Source of the DNA: an uncultured Desulfospira sp.
Lineage (GTDB): Bacteria; Desulfobacterota; Desulfobacteria; Desulfobacterales; Desulfobacteraceae
Assembly: GCA_963663165.1 (NCBI GenBank)
Contig: OY760175.1
Location: forward strand, 4,320,001 to 4,384,000
Reading direction: 5' to 3'
DNA: 64,000 nucleotides
Shown here: one piece after another, positions 35,416 through 46,469 of the stretch
Numbering within the stretch: position 1 is the first letter of the stretch
Layout of the letters: the number at the start of each line of letters is the position of its first letter
The notes under the pieces: model-generated
What the model was told of the DNA's origin: nothing
Database searches by the model: none
Seen by the model: only the letters and a program-made list of their open reading frames with translations
Made by a program: the position numbers and the translations under genes

Positions 35416-37554
35416 ATGAAAGCGGAAAAAAACATATTTGCGGAGATTAAAAACTCCGGTAATTTTCCCAAGCTGCCCCAGGTGATGGTTAAGCTGCTCA
35501 AGGCCTGCAATGATGAGCAGTCCGACACCCGGGATGTCACCGAGATTATTTCCACGGATCCGGGACTGGTATCCAAAATGCTTCAGGTGATCGGTTCCGT
35601 CTATGCCAATCTGCCCGGAGAGGTGAAAACCATTAAAGACGCCGTGGTCTATCTTGGCCTGGACACCATTAAGAATATGGCCATTTCATCATCGGCCATG
35701 CATTTTTTCAAGCTGATCAACGTGCCGCCCGGGTTTGATATGAACCGGTTCTGGCTTCATTCTTATAAGTGCGGACTTCTGGCCCAGCAACTGGCACGGG
35801 AATACAACCTGCCCAATGAAGATGAATTTTTCCTGGCAGGCCTTCTCCATGATATCGGCCGGCTGGTTTTGATCCAGACAGACCCCGAGGCCTATGAAAC
35901 CATTATCAGCACCACATCTGACGAGACCCGGATTCAGGCCATGGAAATGGAAATTTTCGGGGCCGATACCCCCCGGATCAGTGCCTGGTTTTTCCGACAG
36001 TGGAATTTGAACCCCATTGTTTCCGGAGCGGTTCTGTTCATTAATGAACCCGTGGAAAAAATTCAAGGGGAGCTGGCCCAGATCAAGGCGGTTTATCTGG
36101 CCAATATTCTGGCCGATCCGTCAGGCCGTGACCGGATACCGGAACTGGCCGAATTTTCAGACCTGTCCCAGGATATTCTCAATGAAATGACCTACAAAGT
36201 TGAGCAGGAGGCCGATGAAATGGCCGAGACCCTTGGGATAAAGGGCGGCCCGGAAACGGCTCAGGCCCAGGATGATGCCATTGGCGGCGAAATCAAGGAT
36301 TATTCCCTGCTTTACGGCACCCTGGACAACCTGCTTAAGGCCCGGGATCTTGACGGGATCATGGAGATTGCCCAGAACGGGCTGAAGATTATGTTTAATG
36401 TCGGCCGGGTATTTTTCTTTTTTCCCGATGAAAGACAAGGGCAGATTACCGGCGACTGCTCCCCAAAGGACCGGCTGTATAAAATTATTAAAAGCATTGC
36501 CCTGCCCATGTCCAACAAGACCAGCCTGCTGGTTGAGTCCGTAAAAACCAACAAAATTCAATCCAGTTTTATGGTTCGGGATCGAAAAATTCAGGCCATG
36601 TCCGATACCCAGATCATCCGTTTGCTGGAAACCGAGGGGATGATCTGCATCCCTGTAAGTTCCCCCCAAAAGGTGGTCTGCCTGATCGTGGCCGGTGTGA
36701 GCCAGACCGAGGCCGGCCGGATGTACCGGGATCAGGGGATGCTGGACCTGTTTTCACGGCAGGTGGGGGTCTGCATGGAAAACCTGTTTTTTCATCAGGA
36801 GTATGCCGCCAATATCAGCCAGAAGAAAATGGAAGCATATGCCATTTTAACGGATCGGGTGGTCCATGAAATCAACAACCCCATTGCCATCATCAAGAAC
36901 TACCTGGAATCCCTGCGCATGAGGCTGCCGGACAAACATCCGGCCCAGGAAGAGCTGTCCGTGGTGGGGGAGGAAATGAACCGGGTGGCAGCGCTGCTTG
37001 AAGATCTGTCCGTGTTTGCCAAACCCCGGATCGGCGGGTTGGAACCCCTGGATGTGAACCGGTTTTGTTCCCGGATTTTTGAATTTTTAAACAAATCCTT
37101 TTTTATGTCGCGCCGGATTGATACGGATATGGACCTGGACCCTGAACTGCCGAAAATCAAAACAGACCGGAATGCATTAAAGCAGGTGTTGATCAATCTG
37201 CTGAAAAACAGTGCCGAAGCCATGAAAACCGGTGGAAAAATTCAGATTAAAACCAGGTTTCTGGCCGGACCTGAAAAAATTATGATAGATGAGAAGAAAA
37301 AAGATTCCGGCAGGATAGAAATTTGTATCACTGACAATGGCCCCGGAATTTCCCCCCAGATTCTAAGCCGGCTGTTTGAGCCTTATAATTCCAGCAAAAA
37401 AGGAAAGAAAAACCAGGGCTTGGGACTTGCCATAGTCCATTCCATTGTCAAAGAACTTAACGGTGACATCACCTGCGAGACCGAAGAGGGGGCAGGTACC
37501 AGTTTTTCCGTTTTTCTGCCGGTTACACCAGACGAAAAGCCTGAGAGGCTGTAG
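35416..37554 (+). CDS. HDOD-GAF-histidine kinase (soluble)
   Basis: FPKLPQV...DPGL...FWLHS...AGLLHDIGRL (HDOD); HEINNP H-box; NLLKNS, DNGPG, GLGL. Confidence 0.92.
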   Translation: MKAEKNIFAEIKNSGNFPKLPQVMVKLLKACNDEQSDTRDVTEIISTDPGLVSKMLQVIGSVYANLPGEVKTIKDAVVYLGLDTIKNMAISSSAMHFFKLINVPPGFDMNRFWLHSYKCGLLAQQLAREYNLPNEDEFFLAGLLHDIGRLVLIQTDPEAYETIISTTSDETRIQAMEMEIFGADTPRISAWFFRQWNLNPIVSGAVLFINEPVEKIQGELAQIKAVYLANILADPSGRDRIPELAEFSDLSQDILNEMTYKVEQEADEMAETLGIKGGPETAQAQDDAIGGEIKDYSLLYGTLDNLLKARDLDGIMEIAQNGLKIMFNVGRVFFFFPDERQGQITGDCSPKDRLYKIIKSIALPMSNKTSLLVESVKTNKIQSSFMVRDRKIQAMSDTQIIRLLETEGMICIPVSSPQKVVCLIVAGVSQTEAGRMYRDQGMLDLFSRQVGVCMENLFFHQEYAANISQKKMEAYAILTDRVVHEINNPIAIIKNYLESLRMRLPDKHPAQEELSVVGEEMNRVAALLEDLSVFAKPRIGGLEPLDVNRFCSRIFEFLNKSFFMSRRIDTDMDLDPELPKIKTDRNALKQVLINLLKNSAEAMKTGGKIQIKTRFLAGPEKIMIDEKKKDSGRIEICITDNGPGISPQILSRLFEPYNSSKKGKKNQGLGLAIVHSIVKELNGDITCETEEGAGTSFSVFLPVTPDEKPERL

Positions 37555-37562
37555 AACCAAGG

Positions 37563-38567
37563 ATGGTTTCATTGATAAAAATGCCTAGCCAAGACAATAC
37601 CAGTCTTCAGATCGGGGCCTTGTTCATGGAAGAGGGGCTGATTTCTTCAAAGGACCTGGAAAGGGCGCTCAGCGTACAGGAAAAAAGCCGGAATTCTGAA
37701 AGCCGGGAAAAACCGCGGCTGTTTGGCATGATTTTATGCGATCTGAATCTGGTGACACCGGTGGATGCCTATTATGTCCTTAAAAAGAACCATAAGCTTC
37801 TCACGGTTCAGGCCTATCTTGAGGCCGAAAATATCGTGCCCCTTGACGTGATCAGGGAATGCGCAGACCGGTCTTTGAAAAGCGGAATCCCGTTGATCAG
37901 TGTTCTGCTGGAAGAAAATGTGCTTCCCAAAAAGCAGCTGGCCCTGATTTTAGTGGATCTGTTCCGGGTCCCGTTAAGGTCCATTAGTGATTTTGTCTTT
38001 AACCAGAAAGACAGGGACAAGCTGGCCAGCCTGATCACCAAGGATGAAGCCTTAAAGAACGGGGTGATTCCGCTGCTGCTCCAGGGGAAAACCCTTTTAA
38101 TCGGCATCACGGACCCGGAGAATTTTTTGTTTATCCGGGAATTAAACGAACGCTCTCCCCTTTACCGGTTTGAAACCCTGTTTATCCCCTATTCCGGATT
38201 TACCTGGTTTTACAAACTGCTGTACAATGAACCCCATATACCGGTTATGTGTGAGAATCCTTCTGATGAAGTCCCCGGGGAACTCTCCTTGCTGCTGAAG
38301 TATCAGATTGATATCAAGGACCCGGTTATTGAACAGGAAGGCGTTCTCGAACTTTGGGAGCGGTATGAGCAGCTTCGGGATCTGGTCGGCCTTGGGGGCA
38401 GAACAGACCGCCATGTGGCATTTCAAACCTTTATCATGGAAAAGCATGAGGAAATTATCCGGAAATTTCATTGCAGATCGGTTCGTTTCAGCCTGGAAAA
38501 GGACCAGGGGAAGGTTCTGATTGCCGCCTTTCCCACAGATCAGGAACAATATCTATGGCCAACGTAA
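37563..38567 (+). CDS. MshEN/GspE N-terminal-domain protein lacking the ATPase domain
   Basis: QIGALFMEEGLISSKDLERALSVQ...RLFGMIL, VIPLLLQGKTLLIGITDP; no Walker A motif. Confidence 0.75.
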   Translation: MVSLIKMPSQDNTSLQIGALFMEEGLISSKDLERALSVQEKSRNSESREKPRLFGMILCDLNLVTPVDAYYVLKKNHKLLTVQAYLEAENIVPLDVIRECADRSLKSGIPLISVLLEENVLPKKQLALILVDLFRVPLRSISDFVFNQKDRDKLASLITKDEALKNGVIPLLLQGKTLLIGITDPENFLFIRELNERSPLYRFETLFIPYSGFTWFYKLLYNEPHIPVMCENPSDEVPGELSLLLKYQIDIKDPVIEQEGVLELWERYEQLRDLVGLGGRTDRHVAFQTFIMEKHEEIIRKFHCRSVRFSLEKDQGKVLIAAFPTDQEQYLWPT

Positions 38568-39739
38568 TTACCATTTCCAGCGGAAAGGGCGGGGTGGGCA
38601 AAACCTCCATCAGCCTGAACCTTTCATTGTCCCTTGCGTCAAAAGGCTTTAAGGTCTGCCTGTTTGACGCGGACTTAGGGCTTGCCAATGTGAATATCCT
38701 GACCGGCCTGACGCCTGAACACGGATTGGAAGAGGTCATCCATAACGGCCTTGGCATAAGGCAGATCATGATCAAAGACTTTCATGGGATTGATATTATT
38801 CCGGGAAGTTCCGGTGTTGAAAAAATGGCTGATCTGAGCCGGAAAGAGGCCGACACCCTGATCAAGGCTTTTCTGGATCTGGATGAGTATGATTATTTTT
38901 TGTTTGATACCTCGGCAGGGATTTCTGCCCAGGTCCTGTCCTTTTGCCGGGCATCCCATAAAATGATCCTGGTGGTAACGCCGGAGCCCACCTCTTTGAC
39001 CGATGCCTATTCCTTGTTAAAGGTTCTGTCCAAAACCGGCCGGGTGCCGGACGTAAAAGTGATTTTAAACCAGGTAAAGACCCGGGTTATGGCGGTCAAT
39101 ACCTGGAAAAAATTAAAAGAAACCGTTCAACGGTTTTTAACCGTAAAAATTTCTCCTTTGGGGATTGTGGCCAAAGACCCCCATGTTTCAAAGGCGGTTA
39201 TTTCCCATGTTCCCTTTGTTATTTCCTCGGCCTCATCTCCTGCAGCCAAATGCATTGCCGGCATTGCCGATAAGCTGGCCCAATCCGGCAAAGATCAGCC
39301 CGGAATCCCCATGGAGCTGTTCTGGCAGCAGTGCTTTGATGATCTGAACACGTTTGAAACGGCAGATACGGTCCCGGCCGAACCGGTTCAGAAAGATAAG
39401 GTGCCGGCAGGTCTTTTGGCCTCGCAAAATTCTGCTAAAATGGCGTTGATCACCCAGAACCTGTCCCGGATCGAAGAGCGGCTTTCAAGCCTTGTTGAGG
39501 CGGCGGCGGGCATCAAAACCCTTGTGGATGACGTGGCCCGGATCAAGGAACTGCTTTCCGGGCAAACCGGGGCCGGTGGAGAAAAAAGTCAGAAAGACAC
39601 CGGGCCATTCCAATCCGAACCTTCTTTTTCCGATTCGGATCAGCCGGACCAGGCTTCAGATGCCCTGATGCCCCTGCCCAAACCCGGAAAGATTTACCTG
39701 GATTTTGATGCCTGGATGGAGAAGCGGGGAACGCGTTAA
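38555..39739 (+). CDS. MinD/FlhG(FleN)-family ATPase with a long C-terminal extension
   Basis: SGKGGVGKT, DADLGLAN, DTSAGIS, TPEPTSLTDAY; start MANVIT at 38555 overlaps the upstream gene. Confidence 0.92.
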   Translation: MANVITISSGKGGVGKTSISLNLSLSLASKGFKVCLFDADLGLANVNILTGLTPEHGLEEVIHNGLGIRQIMIKDFHGIDIIPGSSGVEKMADLSRKEADTLIKAFLDLDEYDYFLFDTSAGISAQVLSFCRASHKMILVVTPEPTSLTDAYSLLKVLSKTGRVPDVKVILNQVKTRVMAVNTWKKLKETVQRFLTVKISPLGIVAKDPHVSKAVISHVPFVISSASSPAAKCIAGIADKLAQSGKDQPGIPMELFWQQCFDDLNTFETADTVPAEPVQKDKVPAGLLASQNSAKMALITQNLSRIEERLSSLVEAAAGIKTLVDDVARIKELLSGQTGAGGEKSQKDTGPFQSEPSFSDSDQPDQASDALMPLPKPGKIYLDFDAWMEKRGTR

Positions 39740-40905
39740 TCGCTGATATTAAGTATTTTCAAACAGTTTGAAAGTTCCTGGGGCGTACCGGTATGCTTGC
39801 CTTTATCGTCTGAAAGCTTGACCGTCTCCTGCCAGCGCCGCTTGTTGTCCGGCCTTGCCCTGGACATTTTGATGACCATGTTCAACGGCTTGACCCCCAC
39901 GTCATTGGTCAGGTTGGTCCCGATCCCGTAAGAGTCTTTGATTTTTCCCTTACACTCCCTGTGGATGGCAATGGCCCGGTCAACGTCCAGCCCGTCTGAA
40001 AAAACAACGGTTTTGGAAGCCGGGTCTATGTGCAGCTTTTTATAGTGGGCCAGGATCTGGTGCAAAAAGGTTACCGGATCTCCCGAATCCTGCCTCACCC
40101 CGTCAAAAAGTTTGGCATGAACGGTGTCAAACCCGGACAGGAACACGTCGGTGGTATAAGTGTCGGTCAGGGCTATGCCCAGATCGCCCTGGAAGACCCG
40201 GACCCAGGCATCCTGGGCCGTGATGTTGGCCATCTGGTAGCCGGAAAGAATGGCATGGAACATGAGCCATTCATGGGCCAGGGTCCCGATGGGGGTGATG
40301 TTGAATTTTTTGGCAAAGTGAACGTTGCTGGTCCCCACAAAGGTGTGGTTTTCAAGCTCAAGGATGTCTTTGATCAGATTTTCATGGTTGGCGGCCGAAT
40401 ACCGGCGCCGGGTGCCGAAATCGGCAAATTTCACCTGGTGCAGGCGCATGGTTTCGGCTTTTTTCCGGTTAATGTCCCGGATTTCCTGCCGGGTCATGGT
40501 CGGAAAGTCCATCATGGAAAAATAAATTTCGCTGATCAGGGCCATCAGGGGGATTTCCCACAATATGGTCCGGTACCATGGGCCTTTAACGGTCAGTAAC
40601 AAATCAACGCCATGCTGTTCAATGCGGACTTCGCCGGGATCAAAGACGTAGGATTCAAGGAAATCCAGATAGACCGGGGTAAGAAAATAGCAGGTATCTT
40701 CCAGGTATTGTTTTTCTTCCCTGGATAAACTTAAACCCGCCATTTCGTCAACCTTTGCCCGGATCCTCTGGGCAAAGCCTTCAGGGAAGGGGGTATTTCC
40801 CCTGTTGAGGAATTTATATTCAGCCTCGGCCCGGGGATACAGCATGTGGGCGGCCTGCTGCATGGTAAATTTGTATAAGTCGTTGTCCAGAATACTCTGA
40901 ATCAT
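39736..40905 (-). CDS. pncB: Nicotinate phosphoribosyltransferase
   Basis: DLYKFTMQQA, DFGTRRR, GTSNV, GTLAHEW, LTDT, RQDSGDP, FSDGL, GIGTNLTND, KLSD. Confidence 0.97.
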   Translation of the reverse strand: MIQSILDNDLYKFTMQQAAHMLYPRAEAEYKFLNRGNTPFPEGFAQRIRAKVDEMAGLSLSREEKQYLEDTCYFLTPVYLDFLESYVFDPGEVRIEQHGVDLLLTVKGPWYRTILWEIPLMALISEIYFSMMDFPTMTRQEIRDINRKKAETMRLHQVKFADFGTRRRYSAANHENLIKDILELENHTFVGTSNVHFAKKFNITPIGTLAHEWLMFHAILSGYQMANITAQDAWVRVFQGDLGIALTDTYTTDVFLSGFDTVHAKLFDGVRQDSGDPVTFLHQILAHYKKLHIDPASKTVVFSDGLDVDRAIAIHRECKGKIKDSYGIGTNLTNDVGVKPLNMVIKMSRARPDNKRRWQETVKLSDDKGKHTGTPQELSNCLKILNISD

Positions 40906-40988
40906 GTCTTCCCTTTGTTTGTTTGGAAAAATTGACCGCTGTTATACCGTTTTTACGGTGATTTGTATACAGGACCCTGGAAAAATTG

Positions 40989-41292
40989 CAGGGTGATCGC
41001 ATGTAAAAAAATTATCCTTAATGCTTTTTATTTACATATGCATTCAAGGCCCGCCCCTCTGTGTAGTTTGGCGAAAGCCAAACCTCGGTGCCCTCTGTGG
41101 TTTAAAAACATGAAATCCCGAAGGGATTGAATTGTTCTTCGTTAACCTCCCGGTTTTTATAAATTGTGGGCTTCGCCCACTCTTTATATTTAACCACAGA
41201 GGGGCACAGAGAAACACAGAGTTTCAGTGCTGCGCACTGAAATTGCATTCGGTAAGCTTAAACAGTGGGGAAAGTTACATGCGATTGCCCTG
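40989..41292. mobile_element. 304-bp MITE with the same TIR family as 33168-33367, 10-bp TSD
   Basis: Ends CAGGGTGATCGCATGTAA / TTACATGCGATTGCCCTG; TSD GGAAAAATTG at 40979-40988 and 41293-41302; interior has CTCTGTG/CACAGAG inverted units. Confidence 0.92.
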
Positions 41293-41379
41293 GGAAAAAT
41301 TGCCGGAAACTGGAAACGGCAGGCCGGGTCTGCGGCTATGGAACTGTATTTAATAAACCCCATTTATCTATAAAATTAA

Positions 41380-43575
41380 AAATGCCCCGTATCGGGAACC
41401 ATCAGGACATCCGGATCAGGTTCAGATGCCATTGAGGCCAATGACAGCGAAACTTTCGGAGAGGATGCTTCAGCCATTTACAGCAAAGGGCCGGCAACTA
41501 TTGATATGGCCGGCAATATATCCACTTGGGGGGATTACACCCGCAGCATATACAGCCGCGGCACAGGCACAATCAATGTATCAGGGACGATAAACCATGA
41601 GGGGTTCGGCGGAGCCGGAATCGTCGCTCATTACGCAGATGAGGTCAATATTTCAGGTAATATAAATGTAACCGGAAACAGTTTCGGGATTTATGCCCAA
41701 GATGTAACATCCATTACCGTTTCAGGATTAATTGAAACCGACGGCAATTGTGCGATTGTTACAGAACAAACCGAAGAGATCAATATCTCAGGCAGTATCA
41801 AAACCCATGGCACTTATGGCTACGCCGTTGATACGGCCGACAGGATTAATATATCCGGTAGTATTGAAACCGATGGGAAAGAGGGCCATGGCCTAAACGC
41901 CGGTAGTTCTTCCGCTTCGGTCTCCGGAAGCATCTCCACATGGGGTGAGGGAGGCCATGCGATTTACGCGGGAACCAACGCATCCGTTACCCTTTCCGGG
42001 TATGCCGGCACATCCGGAAGCCAGGCGCATGCCCTGTCTGCGGAAAACAATGATATCATTAATGTATCCGGAATCATTGAAACCTCAGGCGAGGCCGCCG
42101 ACGGGATCCGGCTTAACGGCGGCGGTAATGTCGTCTACCTTACCGGTTCCCTCTCCTCTTCCGGTTCAGGCGGATATGCGCTGAACTCCAACGTTCCTGT
42201 CTATATCCTCTGGCCTGTTGGCTTCATTCTGCCGGAAACAGAAGAAGACGAAATTCTGGAACCACAGGAGTACGACTCCCAAAACGTGGTACACCTGTTG
42301 AACGGTGCATCTGTATATGGCGGCATTGTCAACAGCACCGCCACCGAAAATAATTCATTCCTGACGTTTGGTTATGCCGCAAACATGGATGGAACGGCAG
42401 ACCTTTCCGACGTGGATCAGCAATTCAGCCTGACCATGAACGACAGCATCACATCAACCTTAGCCGACGGCTGGAACGGATATTTTGCCGGCGGCATCAC
42501 GACGCTCAAAGGGTCAATCAATCAATTTTCTGACCTCTTCATTGGCAGCAGCACCTTTGACGGCACCCAGATACCCGATGGCAGCGGCGGCAAAACCACG
42601 CTGGATGCCTTGGACGGGCCGGGGGCCCACCTCCAGGTTACCCAGGCCATCTCCACCACAGGCAAAATGGCTGTGGGAAAGAGAAGCTCCTATACGCTTT
42701 CGGGCACCCACACCCATACCGGCGGGGATATCCAGATAGACGGGACCCTGGCCCTGGAATCCGGTACTTTTGACAACAGCGGCAGCGCCATTGTCAACAC
42801 CGGGCGGATTACCGGTAATGGAGACATCACAGCCACTACTCTCTCCAACGCCGGTGAAATGGAATTCACTGAAGGCCGGTCAACCATCCGGGGCAACACA
42901 GCCAACGTGGGCACCATCCTCAGCAACGGCGGCGAGGTCCATTTTGAAGGAGACTATCTGGAACAAGGCACATTTTACAGCAACCATGGTGACACCTGGC
43001 TGGATAATATTACAGTGGATGAAAACGGCGCCCTTATCGCCGGCGAGTCCGGCCAGGATGCGTTGGAACGTTTTTTCATTGCCGGTGATTTTGCCAATTA
43101 CAGCACCCGGAACACCGAGTGGGACACCATCAACGCCATGCTGGTTTTCACAGGAAGTATAAACGGAAACCATAACTTTTTCCTGGCAGGCCTGGAGACA
43201 GAGTCGGCCCTTGACGGATTTAGCGATAATTTTGCCTGGGGATACACAGACCTTGGTGATGATGTAGATATGCTTTTTCTTTTAGACGGTAATGAACAGA
43301 ATAAAGGCACGGCTTTTTACACGGAGATCATTACCGGCATCAAATTTGACGATCAGGGCCGGATCATAAATGTCTGTGGCGATATGAACATTTATTATCT
43401 GGCAGACCTTTCTGAAAACAACTACCTTGGCGGCATTTCATACGACTTTGCCGCAGGCTCGGGCAAACTTATTGCGGTTTCAGGGGGGGCCGCCGCCGTC
43501 CCCCTGCCTGGAAGTCTGACAATCCTGCTCTCAGGTCTCCTGGCCGTTGTATGGGCAAAAGAGATCAATCTTTGA
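41380..43575 (+). pseudogene. Beta-helix repeat surface protein with VPLP-CTERM sorting signal, probably 5'-truncated
   Basis: Repeats I.(V/I)SG.I.T.G...AI; C-terminal AVPLPGSLTILLSGLLAVV. The frame stays open with repeat sequence back to a stop at 41377-41379, with no start codon or signal peptide; first ATG at 41506. Confidence 0.6.
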
Positions 43576-46469
43576 CCATCGTCTTTGTTTTGTCATAACA
43601 ACACCTTAAAGATTCAAATATTTCAATCCGGTTTTCTGGTGGACAGGCTCTCTAACATCAGCTTCAGCTTTGTCCCCAAGATAAACATCAAACATGGAAC
43701 AGCCGTGTTTTGCCTTATGCCTTTTTTTCGTGTATTTTAACCGGTATGGCGTTAGCATAAATAGTGTCGCAACGACTTAAGGATCAGGGCTTTTTTCCCG
43801 CCTTTTCCCCAGGCCGTTTACCTTGGGCAGATTGGAAGATTAAAGATGAAGATTGGTAATTTCGAAATTTTAGAAATACTTGAAAATAAAGCGTATAAAG
43901 CTGTTTATCTGGCCCGGGACACAGGGGCGGGGGACCCGTTTTTCGTCCATGAGCATCTGGATGCCAAGATGGCAGACCATGAGCAGTTGATATCCCGGTG
44001 CCTTTCCGGCTGCCCTGTGGACCAGTTTGTTGACGCCGTTAAACATGAAGGAAAAACGTTGCTGGTTCAACCCCCTTACAAAGGGGTTACTCCGGATGTC
44101 TATTTTAATGAAGCGTCTTTGTTGGCAGATAAATTATTTTTTGTCCGGTCTTTGCTGGCCATTCTCAAGGATATCCATGACAAAGGGGTTATCTTTAACA
44201 ACCTTTCCTTTGCCAATATCACCATCGACCAGAACAAAAAGATCATGCTCCACGACCTGGTGGCGGCGGCCCTTTCGGGAAAAGAAAAGTCCCCGGGGTT
44301 CAGCCATATTTTTCAGCCCCATTTCGTGGCCCCGGAGCGGACCGATAAGGTGGCGGGAAGTGCCTCATTCAGCAGTGATTATTATGCCTTTGGCGTGCTG
44401 CTGTACTGGCTTTTAACCGGGAGGCTGCCCTTTGAGGACCCGGACATGGCCGCATTGATTTCCCTGCATGTGGCCGGCCGGCCGAAAAGCCCTGTTTGCG
44501 TAAATCCCGATATCCCTGAGAATTTGTCGCGGATAACGGAAAAACTTTTGGAAAAGGAGCCGGCCCAGAGATACAAATCCATTGACGGCATTTTATACGA
44601 TTTGAAGCATTATGATGACCCGGGGTTTGAACCGGCCAGCATGGACAGGGATTTAAAATTTAAGGTGTCCGGAAAAATTTACGGCAGGCAACCGGAAACC
44701 GGCCGGCTGCAGAAGGCCGTTGAACAGATCAGGGAAGAAAAGATCCGCCTTGTAACCATTGCCGGGCATGCCGGTGTCGGAAAGTCAACCATTGTTCAGG
44801 CCTTTCAAAAATCCCTTGCACCTGGCCAATGCCGGTTTATCGCCGGAAAATTTCAGCAGTACAAAAAAGATATTCCCTATTTTGCCATTGTAGAGGCCTT
44901 TGATGAATTTTTTGACATGCTGCTTTTATCGGATCAAAAGACCCTGGATGATTTCCAGCAGTCCTTTGAAAACACCATTGCAGATCAGGGAATGATTCTG
45001 ACATTGGTGTTTCCCAGACTTGAAATGATTGTCGGCCGGCAGGAAACCATTGAGACATATGTGGGCGAAGAGGCCGAGCATCGGTTCGCCTATGTATTTT
45101 TAAAATTGATCCGGATGGTGGCTACCCGGGAACGGCCCCTGGTCCTTTTTCTTGACGACATGCAGTGGGCCGATCTGGTGTCACTGAATTTGCTGCGCGC
45201 TGTTTTTCAGAATTCAAAGGGATTTTTGCTGGTGGTTTTGTGCTACCGCGCCACCGAAGTGGACCCGCACCATCCCTTTCACCGGCTGCTTGATGATGTT
45301 CACCGGTATGAGATTCCCTTTGAGGAGATCCGGGTTGATGATTTGCAGCCCGGTGATGTGTCTGAGTTGATAGCCGACAGCATGGGCTGCGAAAACCAGG
45401 CGCTCAGCCACATGGTATTTGAGAAAACCCATGGGAATCCTTTTTTTGTCCATCAGCTGTTGGCCGGAATGGCGGATCAGGGGTATTTTGAGTGGGATGC
45501 AGCAGGAAAAAACTGGTCAGTGGATTTAGACCGGGTGGCTGCCCTGAAAGTTTCAAAAAATGTGGTGGCCCTGATGCAGACAAGGCTGCGCCGCCTGCCC
45601 GGAAACGTTATTGATCTGATGAAAGTCATCGGCGCCGTCGGCCACAACGCCGATCTGGATGTCCTGTCCATTGTCACCGGTAAACCCATCAATGAGATTT
45701 TACAACTTTTAAAAATACCCTTTGAACATGGCCTGGTATCCTTAAAGCAGCCGCGTGTCTACTTCACCCATGATAAAATTCAGCAGGCCTGTTACCAGTT
45801 GAACCCGGCCGGTGATTTGCCCGGCCTGCATTTTGCCATCGCAGTCACCCTGATGGCCCATAAACGCATGGACACGCCGGAGGATATGTTTAATCTGGCA
45901 GGCCACCTGGATAAAGGGTTTGAATTGATTGTTGGAAATCTCGAACCCTATATCGGCATCTACATGGCGGCGGCGCTGAAGAGCAAAGAAATTTCCGCCT
46001 ACAAGGCATTCCTGCATTATGTGGACCAGGCCATGGGGTTGCTAAATGATGCCCTGCCTGAGCCAATCCGGTTCAGGGTATACCGCCAGTATCATATTGC
46101 CCTTTACCTGAACAGTTTATTTGATGAGGCCGATACTTTTTTTTACGACAAGCTGGCCGGGTATAAAGACCCGCTTTTGCTCAGGGAAAATTATTTTTCC
46201 AAAGTGTCCCAGGACAGCATGCGTAAAAATTATCGGCAGGCGGTTGAGTTCGGCATGTCCATTATTAAAACCGTGGGGGTTCAGTTGAGCATGGATCCCG
46301 GGATAGCGGACCTGGGCCGTGAACTGGAGAAGACAGAGCGCCTGCTGGCCCAGGCCGGGATAAAAAATATTCATGAGCTAAGTGATATTGAACAAAAAAA
46401 CAGTGATGAGATGCAGGTGATATGTGAGGTCATTATGGCCATGCTGCCGGCGTCTTTTTTTTATAACCC

